Assembly: GCF_006345805.1 (NCBI RefSeq)
Contig: NW_021823771.1
Location: forward strand, 1 to 21,166
From: Octopus sinensis
Lineage: Eukaryota
DNA length: 21,166 nt
Direction: 5' to 3'
Below the pieces are notes generated by a model that worked only from the letters and a program-made list of their open reading frames with translations, did not search any database and was not told where the DNA came from. Of the stretch, positions 11,054 to 20,389 are shown in pieces. Position numbers and translations under genes: made by a program. How positions within the stretch are numbered: position 1 is the stretch's first letter; every line of letters starts with the position of its first letter.

Positions 11054-11255
11054 GAATGAGTATTTTTCCTTGTTAACAATTACACAGAAGAAATCCTATA
11101 CAAACAGGTACAGGAAGTAAAAGAATTTGAACAACACCCGTGTTTAACTCCATATCTATCTACTATCTATCTATCTACATCTATCTATCTATCTATCTAT
11201 CTATATCTATCTATCTATCTATCTATTATCTATTATCTATCTATCTATCTATATA
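11001..11255. repeat. (TA)n and (TATC)n microsatellites
   Basis: (TA)n at ~11002-11050 and (TATC)n at ~11113-11255. Confidence 0.9.
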
Positions 11256-11790
11256 TCTATATATATATATATATAAAACTATCTATATTATCTATATATA
11301 ACTATATGAATATCGTCTATTTACAGACTGTGGATCGCTTGTCGCTTTCACATGCCACACCCTCCGTTCCGATTCGCTCCAAACAGTCACTGACATGTAG
11401 AATGAGGTGACGATGCGCGTGGCTACCTTACAATCCCTATCTTCTTGGATCGCTTTCAATGCCACTCACCTCCCTCCGATTCGCTCCAAAATTTACACAG
11501 GACATTATGAATGGAGGTGACGATGCGCGTGGGCTACCTTAGAAATCCCTATCTTAAAGGTGTGGTTGCTAGGGGCCATCTTCCATCTTCACCCACTACT
11601 TCCTCCTACCTCTCAGTACTCTCTCATAACTTTCACTTTCCAAGTCCACTACCGTTATTTAAAGTATCTGTCACTATCGCTATTTCCTTTCTTTTTCACG
11701 ACACTGTTTCCTACCTTCCTATCACATCGGCGTTGTTCTTTTAAGTATATGTCTGTCACCAACAAACGACACACGAGCATGAGAACAAAT
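11256..11790 (+). mobile_element. Probable Helitron-like 5' segment containing a ~115-bp tandem duplication
   Basis: A|TCTATATATA...AAAACT start typical of Helitron 5' ends. Repeat units start TGGATCGCTT at 11331 and 11446 and share CCGATTCGCTCCAAA and GAGGTGACGATGCGCGTGG-CTACCTTA-AATCCCTATCTT. Confidence 0.5.
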
Positions 11791-11820
11791 ATTATGAATC
11801 AGATATTCTTGCGTTCATTT

Positions 11821-12006
11821 ATGTGTGTGTGTGTGTGTTCTATATATAAATATGTATATATAATGTATGTGTGTGTGTGTGTGTGTTCTATATATAAATA
11901 TGTATATATAATGTATGCGTGTGTGTGTGTGTTCTATATATAAATATGTATATATAAGGTATGTGTGTGTGTGTGTGTTCTATATATAAATATGTATATA
12001 TAATGT
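11821..12006. repeat. Minisatellite, 4 x ~46 bp
   Basis: Unit AT(GT)n-TCTATATATAAATATGTATATATAA(T/G)GT repeated four times. Confidence 0.92.
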
Positions 12007-12156
12007 ATATATACAAAGTGTATGTATCTGTATTTATATATATTTAACTTTTTCATACTTTTTCATAGTTATATATATTTTTAAACAAATTATAAATATA
12101 ATTTAATAATTTTATTTTCAATTTAAATAATTTAAAGTTTTCAATTTTATATTTTA

Positions 12157-13141
12157 CTAGCAGTATCGCCTGGCGTTGCTCGGATTTGTAAGGGAAATAA
12201 CTATATAAGCATTTTTAGTGAGTTATAGCAAAAAAAATAGCAAAAAATGCATTAAAAATGAATAAAAAATTATAGTAATTTTTTTTTTATCGTTGACTCA
12301 TCGTAGACATTTTTAGAGAGTTACTTCCCTTATATAATAGAAAAATGCATTAAAATGGAATAAAAAATGATGGTAATTTTTTTTTTAATCGTTGACTCAT
12401 CGTAGACATTTTTAGAGAGTTACTTCCCTTATATAATAGCGAAAAATGCATTAAAATGGAATAAAGAATGATGGTAATTTTTTTTTAAATCGTAGACTAA
12501 TACCCAGAAGGGCTTGATATGAATCACGACTATAAGATACCCGGTTTTGGTTACACTGCACCGCAAAATGTGGGAGTAGTTAGGAATCTAAATCGTAGGA
12601 GACAGGCACACAACCTTACTTTTATATATAAAGATTTGTGCAACAACTAAAACATTCGGTTGTGCAAATTGTTTGCACAGGAAACCTGCCCTGTGTGGCG
12701 GTAATTGCCTTTTTGTGGATCTGTTTCAGCTTTTTAGCGATTTCTGTTTTGGCGACTTCAAGCCATGAAGTCGTTGTTCTAAAAGAACGCTGGTCTCCTT
12801 CACAACGCATTACGACGTTGATTTCTTACACTCCCTTCCCCACAGCTTCACGAGGGAGAAGGGGAGAAGCACACAGGTGCAGGCGTGAGCGTGGACGCCA
12901 ACTCCGCCGCCATCGACACACGAAAAAATATGCATTAAAATGGAATAAAAAAATAATGTTAAATTATTTTAAAAATCGTAGACTCATCGTAGACGCGCGC
13001 TAATACCCAGACGGGCTCGATATGAATCACGACTATAAGATACCCGAATTTGGTTAAACTGCACCGCAAAATGTGGGAGTAGTTAGGAATCTAAATCGAA
13101 GGGGACAGACACTCATACAACTACATTTTTAAATATGTAGA
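12157..13141 (-). mobile_element. Non-autonomous Helitron with duplicated 5' end and internal ~100-bp tandem repeat
   Basis: On the minus strand the 3' end is TCCGAGCAACGCCAGG hairpin + CTAG|T (12157-12160). A|TC starts occur at 12634 and 13141. The block 12445-12634 recurs at ~12925-13141. ATCGTTGACTCATCGTAGACATTTTTAGAGAG occurs at 12289 and 12388. Confidence 0.82.
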
Positions 13142-13572
13142 TATATTTTCTATGTTATTTTCTTTTTATGTTTTTGTTTTGGTTTTTTCACTGTTTGATT
13201 GCCTATTAGTGGTTTTATCTCTAATTTAATTATACAGATATATCTCATTTGTATACATTTGTATGTATAATGCGTGCACACACACACCCACACACACCAC
13301 ACACACCACACCTATATATATTATCACAATATATTAATGTGTGCATTATGTAGTCGGTCGATTCAGCTGAAAATATGCACACCTATGTTAAAGGTGCTGA
13401 CAAGTTTGCATGACAACTATTTTGTTCCTCAAATGAAAGGCGTCACCTCTAGGACAAAATTCCTCATCTTATAAATGTGGCCCCAGTAGACCCGAATGAA
13501 ATCGGGTTATATTAACCAAAATGTGAAAAGGGGTCTAAATGGGGCGGAAGGGGATTAAAATTTCAAGGAGCG

Positions 13573-13855
13573 GGTGTTTAGGAATTCTCTGTTACATCAA
13601 GCTAAAAAATTTGCGCTATCCTTTAATCGTCAATGTGTTGCCGTCCATGATAAAGAAGTTTTGAATGCTTGCCATGGTGAGTCTACTGTCGTGAGAAAGA
13701 ATCACTTCAAACTTGGTGTTTACGAATTTTCTTTTACATCAAGTTCAAAATTTACGCCAGCTGTTAAACTGTCACTACGTTGCTGTCCGTCGTTAACAAA
13801 TGCCAGCCATGGTGACTCTACTATCCTCTGATTCTATCCCTTCAAACTTTGGTTT
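13573..13855. repeat. Degenerate 142-bp tandem dimer
   Basis: GGTGTTTA(G/C)GAATT..TTACATCAAG at 13573 and 13715. GCCATGGTGA(G/C)TCTACT and CTTCAAACTT(T)GGT occur in both units. Confidence 0.75.
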
Positions 13856-14141
13856 CCAATATTTTATTATTTTTATTCAGCTCGCAAGTTCGTCTGTCCC
13901 TTTTAAATGTTAGCGTTTTGCTGTCTGCCTTCAAGCAGACCTTTCCATTGCCACTGCCTCATATTTCGATTGATCTTTCTAAATATTTTATTTCTCAACT
14001 TACTCAAGATCTTCTGTTGTTTATAAATGGAGAGGAGATAGATAAAGATAGAGAGTAAGAGAAAGCGAGGAGAGTCCGAGAGAAAAGAAAAGTAAGAGAG
14101 TGGGAAATTGAGAGAGAAAGGAGAGAGAAACAAATACGGAG

Positions 14142-14450
14142 ATCATCATCATCATCATCGTTTAACGTCCGTTTTCCGTGCTAGCACGGGTTGGGCAGTG
14201 CGACCGGGGTCTCGGAAGCCAGGAGACTGCACCAGGCTCCAGTCTGATCTGGCAGTGTTTCTACAGGTGGATGACCTTCCTAACGCCAACTACTCTGTGA
14301 GTATGTGGGGTGCTTTTTCGTGCCGTCGGCACTGGTGCCAGGGGGCTCGCAGTGGGCACGATCAGTTGGTGCTTTTTACGTGCCACGCAGCACAGAAGCA
14401 AGTCAAGGCGGTGCTGCAATCGGCCACGTTCGGATGGGGCATTTTACGTG
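14142..14450 (-). mobile_element. HP element, 5'-truncated
   Basis: (ATC)n-GTTTAACGTCCGTTTTCCGTGCTAGCACGGGTTGG...CTACAGGTGGATGACCTTCCTAACGCCAAC, plus ~2 subrepeats (GTGCC-GTC-GGCAC stem). Confidence 0.85.
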
Positions 14451-14488
14451 CTGAAAGGAAGCAACAGAAAGTAACAACCACACTCTTA

Positions 14489-14518
14489 CCGCGCGTAGAG
14501 CGGGTCACCTTCAGCTAG
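14489..14518 (+). mobile_element. Helitron-type 3' terminus
   Basis: Hairpin CCGC-GCGTAGA-GCGG, then ~11 nt, then CTAG|T (14515-14519) abutting (TA)n. Confidence 0.65.
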
Positions 14519-14637
14519 TATATATATATATACTATATATATTATATATATATATATATCATAGTACACACACACACACACAAGCACCATGCACTAGAAC
14601 AGATTAAACACCTACATAATTGCACTCAAATATTTAT

Positions 14638-14669
<32 letters not shown>

Positions 14670-14701
14670 CATATATACACAAACACACACTCATATATTC
14701 A

Positions 14702-14847
14702 GGATGGACTTCTTTCTGTTTCTGTCTACCAAAGCCACTCACAAAGCTTGGTTATAGTAGATGACACTTGCTCAAGGTGCACACGGTGGGACTGAACCTG
14801 GAACCATGTAGTTGGGAAGCAAGCCTCTTATCACAAAGACACTCCTG
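14702..14847 (-). mobile_element. SINE-A tRNA-derived head
   Basis: GACACTTGCTCAAGGTGC...GGGACTGAACCTGGAACCATG...GGGAAGCAAG...ACTCCTG; preceded by the CA/TA linker. Confidence 0.85.
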
Positions 14848-15145
14848 TTGTTATTTGGATTTGATTTTCACTTCCTCCCTCTTAAGGTCTAAAAATCCAT
14901 TTTGAAATAATTCCAGTTGTTTCCAACTGATAAAGCATTCATTTACATTTACTCAACAACTCAAGGTTTTGTTTACACATTGGTCCCCAAAATGCAAGTA
15001 TTCACATCCCACACCACCGCCACCACACAAAAAACACCCCACTCTCATCACCATCATCATCTATTCATTAGTTTCAGCTGTCATTTATTAAAAATATAAT
15101 GCTTTGTGTATTGTTTTTGTTTTCCTGTACAGGATCTCATTCTTT

Positions 15146-15189
15146 CCTCACTCTCTCTCACTTTCTCTCTATCTCTCGCTCTTTCTATC

Positions 15190-15236
<47 letters not shown>

Positions 15237-15240
15237 ACTC
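15146..15240. repeat. (TC)n microsatellite
   Basis: Direct observation. Confidence 0.9.
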
Positions 15241-15838
15241 TTCAAATAATCACTCTGAAATCATTTGATCCTTGTTGTTCTTTTGATTTCGTTTCCCCTC
15301 CCTCCCTCTCAACATCTAACAATCTGCTTTTGTGTCACAATGGCTAAGCTGCCTTTAGACAAAAATAAATATAATTGAACCTCTTTGCAAACTGATAACA
15401 CATTCATTTACAGATTCAGGGTCATCTCAAGGGTTTTGCTTTTAAAACCTTAGAAACTGTGGTTTTTTAATGATATGCATTGTTCAGTATAAATTTCACT
15501 TTCTTCAGTCTGGATGCAAATACTTACACCAACACCACCACCAACAACAACACAACAACAGCATTATCACCTTCATCATCATCATCATCACCATCACAAT
15601 CATTGTGTTATTTTGAATTTATAAAAATAAATTTATTTATTCTCTTTTTATTCCGTTCACTGATTAAAAAGGTGAAGCAGCACCTTTGGGTGTTTTCCTT
15701 TTTCCTATCAGAATACAATCTTGGATGTTTTCATATATTCATAAGTTCAATTAGAGGTGAGTTTCGCCTTAGTTAAGGATGGCACCATTCAAGGAGTTGC
15801 TGGTTAAATACCTAACATGTTTAGGGAAAATGATAGGA

Positions 15839-16013
15839 AAATGGGATCTACCAATACTATATTTGCATACACATGCATAAACTAAGAATATGCAAATGAA
15901 TAATAAATTATAGTAACTAAGGAGTTTATATACAATTATAAATATTTAGGGGTGAAAAAAGTATTCTTAGTTTATGCAAGTGAATGCAAATATAGTATTG
16001 GTATATCCCATTT
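15839..16013. repeat. 52-bp inverted repeat with 71-bp spacer (MITE-like)
   Basis: 15839-15890 versus the reverse complement of 15962-16013: 49/52 identical (AAATGGGAT[C/A]TACCAATACTATATTTGCAT[A/T]CAC[A/T]TGCATAAACTAAGAATA). Confidence 0.9.
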
Positions 16014-16091
16014 ATGTTCATTAGAAATCAAATAAATGAGGAATTATGACACATCACGAATATTTATTTCCCCACCACTGTATGTATATAT

Positions 16092-16300
16092 TTGTTTGTC
16101 TGTGGTTGTCCACACCATTGCTTGACAACCGATGTTGGTGTGTTTACATCCCTGTAACTTTGTGGTTCAGCAACAGTGACTGACAGAATGAGTACAAGGC
16201 TTACAATGAATAAGTCCTGGGGTTGATATGCCTGACTGAAGGTGGTGCTCCAACATGGCCACTGTCATGTGACTAAAACAAATAAAAGACTAAAAGAATA
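16092..16300 (+). mobile_element. SINE-A 3' half
   Basis: GCTTGACAACCGATGTTGGTGTGTTTACATCCC...AATAAGTCCTGGGG...GGTGCTCCAACATGGCC...AAATAAAAG. Confidence 0.85.
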
Positions 16301-16471
16301 TCTATACACACACACACACCACATATATATACATATGTAGTATTGACCTCTGGTGTAAAGGTCACGGCCATGCAGGGGCACCACAGTATCATCATATTCT
16401 CTATCTATCTATCTTTCTATCTTTCTTTCTATCTATTTATCTAACCATCCATCTGTATAGATATATAAACA

Positions 16472-16719
16472 CTCTTTTATTCTTTTACTTGTTTCAGCAA
16501 TGGGACTGTGGTCATGCTGGAGCAATGCCTTAAAGGGCTTTAGCCGAACAAATCGACTCCAGGCTTACTCTTTGAAAGCTTAGTACATATTCTGGCAGTC
16601 TTTTTTACCGAATGAAATTACAGGGATGTAAACACACCACCATCGGTTGTCAAGTTATGATGAGGGTGGGAGGGAGGCAGACACACAGCCAGGCACACCT
16701 ACATGCACACAATATATAT

Positions 16720-16761
<42 letters not shown>

Positions 16762-16766
16762 ATCTA

Positions 16767-16845
<79 letters not shown>

Positions 16846-17017
16846 ATATATATACATATATTTATGTCTGATGGGCTCACTTCAGTTTCCATCTGACAAG
16901 GTCCACTTACAAGGCCCGAGGTCAAAATAGAAGAAAATTGCCCTAGGTGCCATGCAGTAGGACTGAACACAGAACCCTGTGGCTGAAAAGCAAACTTCTT
17001 ACCACACAGGAACACCT
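16472..17017 (-). mobile_element. SINE-A, full length with expanded (TA)/(TATC)/(TC) linker
   Basis: 3' half at 16472-16690, compound microsatellite at ~16700-16862, head at 16866-17017 with GGACTGAAC (B box, reverse). Confidence 0.85.
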
Positions 17018-17227
17018 GTGCCTATACATTTGTGGAGCACACAAACATGTGTATATATATATATATATACACACACATATAATGTGTTTATTATGGTAGT
17101 TTGACTTTAATAGTCCCTCGTAGTGTGAAGCATTTATGTATGGTAATGCCCTGATATATAAACATATATATATGTAAATATATGTTGTATAGCTAGAATG
17201 ATGGATGTATATATATATATATATATA

Positions 17228-18045
17228 TCCATTCATATGCTCCCAGTCATCTTCCCAAATACATTCGTAAACTATGACAAGATATACTCTGACATGCGGG
17301 TTCCATTCCTTCTCTGCCGATTATATCGTAGTCTCGTTATGTTGATTTGGGGGCATCAGTCTCACAGATTTTACTTTAGAAATCCACCCCATACGTATTC
17401 AGTTAGTCTCTTGTACTGAAGCACAACCAAATCTAGACATATATTTTGGGAAGGGACCCTTTGTGAGAAAATATGCAATGCATTCATATAACTGTTGTTT
17501 CTAGCAAACTTTGTATTTAAGTTTGTGTCTGTAACTAGTTTTTGTTGTTGTATTAATTTCATTTAATAATTAAATGCAAATTAATGCCTAATTTAAAAAT
17601 ATAATTAAAAGCATGACATATAAAATGCAACTGAATGCAAGAGCTGCTAGTAATAGCAGCCAAATTTACAGAGAAAACTGCCCCATATTGTCTCACGTAA
17701 CTCCATACATAGTTATATAGCTAGAGTTGCTTGAAATAGCAGCCAAATGCCCCTCCAATCCACTCTACTTCTGAAATTAGCTACAGTTTAAAATTCTACA
17801 CCTGTTTGTCATGCAAAACAAATCCAATACAACAGGTCCATTAAACTGTGTCATTTCATATGCTAGAAACAACAGCAAGTGTTTAGCAAAAATATATACA
17901 AAGAGGGACAGAGAAAAAACTGGGAGGAAAGCAAAAACCAAAAAAAGATCGAAATATATAATGTATCAATGTTAAATGTACTTGCTAGAAATAGCAGCCA
18001 AAACTCACTGAATCACAGCTGTCTATCTATCTATTTGTCTGTCTG
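17228..18045. repeat. Composite interspersed repeat rich in GCTAGAAA(T/C)A(G/A)CAGC motifs; homologous to 20390-21166
   Basis: Shared blocks: 17232-17520 ~ 20390-20690; 17645-17895 ~ 20886-21166; 17981-18040 ~ 20709-20770. Confidence 0.75.
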
Positions 18046-18084
18046 TCTGTTTGTCTCTCTATTTATATAAATATATATATATAC

Positions 18085-18305
18085 ATTCTTTTATTCTTGT
18101 ACATTTATTTATTCTTTTATTTGTTTCAGTTATTTCACTGTGGCCCTGCTGGAGCACCACCTTACTGGGTTTCTGTCAAATAAATCTTTGTAAGTTTAGT
18201 ACTTATTCTATCAGTCTCTTTTGTCAAATCAAAGTCACAGGGACATAAACAGACCAACATTGGTTGTCATACGATGGTGATGTGTGGTGTAGGGTAGACA
18301 CACAC
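18085..18305 (-). mobile_element. SINE-A 3' half (partner head at 20201-20352)
   Basis: TTTGTTTCAG...TGCTGGAGCACCACC...GTACTTATTCTATCAGTCTCTTTTG...GGTTGTCA. Confidence 0.85.
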
Positions 18306-18322
18306 AAATGAATATGTATATA

Positions 18323-20113
18323 TCATCATCCTCATTTAATGTCCGCTTTCCATGCTAGCATGGGTTGGACGGTTCAACTGGGGTCTGGGGAGCCCGAAGG
18401 CTGCACCAGGCCAGTCAGATCTGGCAGTGTTTCTACAGCTGGATGCCCTTCCTAACGCCAACCACTCCGAGAGTGTAGTGGGTGATTTTATGTGCCACCG
18501 ACACAGGTGCCAGACGAGGCTGGCGAACGGCCACGCTCGGATGGGGTTTTTTTTTATGTGCCACCGACACAGGTGCCAGACGAGGCTGGCAGACGGCCAC
18601 GCTCGGATGGTGTTTTTATGTGCCACCGACACAAGTGCCAGATGAGGCTGGCGAACGGCCACGATCGGATGGTGTTTGTTACGTGCCCACAGCATGGAGG
18701 CCAGTCGATGCGGTACTGGCTACGGCCACGTTCGGATGGTTATTCTTGTGTGCCACCGGCACTGGTACCACAAAGATACAAATTCCATTGATGTTCATCT
18801 ATTTTGATTTGGTTTGATTTTCACTTGCCTCAACAGGTCTTCACAACTGTCACACACTTGCCTCAACAGGTCTTCACAAGTGTCATAAGAAGGAAGGTAT
18901 GCACAGGTGGACTGACTACGTCCCAGGTAGGGGCCACGGGTTATGGCCTGACTAGTCTTGCCGGGTCTTTGGATGGTGTTTTTATGTGCCACCAACACAG
19001 GTGCCAGATGAGGCTGGCGAACGGCCACGATCAGATGGTGTTTGTTACGTGCCCACAGCACGGAGGCCAGTCGATGTGGTACTGGCTACCGCCACGTTCG
19101 GATGGTTTTCTTGTGTGCTACCGGCACTGGTACCACAAAGATACAAATTCCATTGATGTTCATCTATTTTGATTTGTTTTGATTTGATTTGATTATGATT
19201 ATGATTATTATTATTATTATTATCACTTGCCTCAACAGGTCTTCACAAGTGTCATAAGAAGGAAGGTATGCACAGGTGGACTGACTACGTCCCAGGAAGG
19301 GGCCACGGGCTATGGCCTGACTAGTCTTGCCGGGTCTTCGGACAGGTGCCAGATGAGGCTGGCGAACGGCCACGATCGGATGGCGTTTGTTATGTGCCCA
19401 CAGCACGGAGGCCAGTCGATGCGGTACTGGCTACAGCCACGTTCGGATGGTTTTCTTGTGTGCCACCGGCACTGGTACCACAAAGATACAGATTCCATTG
19501 ATGTTCATCTATTTTGATTTGTTTTGATTTTTTGATTTGTTGATTTTCACTTGTCTCAACAGGTCTTCACAAGTGTCACAAGAAGGAAGGTATGCACAGG
19601 TGGACTGACTACGTCCCAGGTAGGGGCCACCACGATCGGATGGTGTTTGTTATGTGCCCACATCACAGAGGCCAGTCGATGCGGTACTGGCTACGGCCAC
19701 GTTCGGAAGGTTTTCTTGTGTGCCCCTGGTACTGGTACCACAAAGATACAAATTCCATTGATGTTCATCTATTTTGATTTGGTTTGATTTTCACTTGCCT
19801 CAACAGGTCTTCACAAGTGTCACACACTTGCCTCAACAGGTCTTCACAAGTGTCATAAGAAGGAAGGTATGCACAGGTGGACTGACTACGTCGCCGGGTC
19901 TTCGGATGGTGTTTTTATGTGCCCCCGACACAGGTGCCAGATGAGGCTGGCGAACGTCCACGATGGATGTGTTTGTTGTGCCCACAGAACGGGCCAGGTC
20001 GATGCGGTACTGGCTACGGCCACGTTCGGATGGTTTTCTTGTGTGCCACCGGTAATGGTACCACAAAGATACAAATTCCATTGATGTTCATCTATTTTGA
20101 TTTGGTTTGATTT
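18323..20113 (-). mobile_element. HP element expanded into a head-to-tail array (5 head modules, 4 'X' modules, one 3' tail)
   Basis: The marker CAAAGATACA occurs at 18771, 19136, 19481, 19741 and, as CAAAGATAC-AAATT, at 20064 (periods 365, 345, 260, 323 bp). A single (GAT)n-type tail lies at 18323-18483. Confidence 0.92.
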
Positions 20114-20200
20114 ATATATATATATATATATATGTATATGTATATGTATATGTATATCTATATATATATATATATATAACATACACATACATTCATATAT

Positions 20201-20352
20201 GATGGGTTTCTTTCAGTTTCCATCTAGCAGATCCACTCACAAGGCTTTGGTTGGCTTAAGGGTCATTTAAAAGACACTTGCCTAAGGTGCCACACAGTAG
20301 GATTGAACCTGGAAACATGTGGTTGGGAAGCAAACTTCTTATGACAGAGCCT
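20201..20352 (-). mobile_element. SINE-A tRNA-derived head
   Basis: GATGGGTTTCTTTCAGTTTCC...GACACTTGCCTAAGGTGCCACACAGTAGGATTGAACCTGG...GGTTGGGAAGCAAACTTCTT. Confidence 0.85.
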
Positions 20353-20389
20353 GGCCGATGCCAGTTTGCATTACTGGTACCTGTGTCGA

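Noticed and set aside
12622-13003. ORFs within the Helitron as Rep/helicase remnants
   Set aside because: No HUH or helicase motifs; the ORFs cross non-coding terminal repeats.
18505-18530. HDV-ribozyme-like look of minus-strand CCA-GCCTCGTC-TGG and plus-strand GGCGAA
   Set aside because: The first loop base is G rather than U, no P1 partner or correctly placed P1.1 GG was found, and the two motifs are on opposite strands. A simple hairpin explains it.
18484-18775. CRISPR-like appearance of the ~63-bp subrepeats
   Set aside because: Eukaryotic retroposon context, no cas genes, variable parts only 6-10 nt and partly identical between neighbours.
18336-20188. Many overlapping 60-120 aa ORFs with repeated peptides in the array
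   Set aside because: By-product of GC-rich tandem repeats. They are open in several frames on both strands, and monomer deletions do not preserve a frame.
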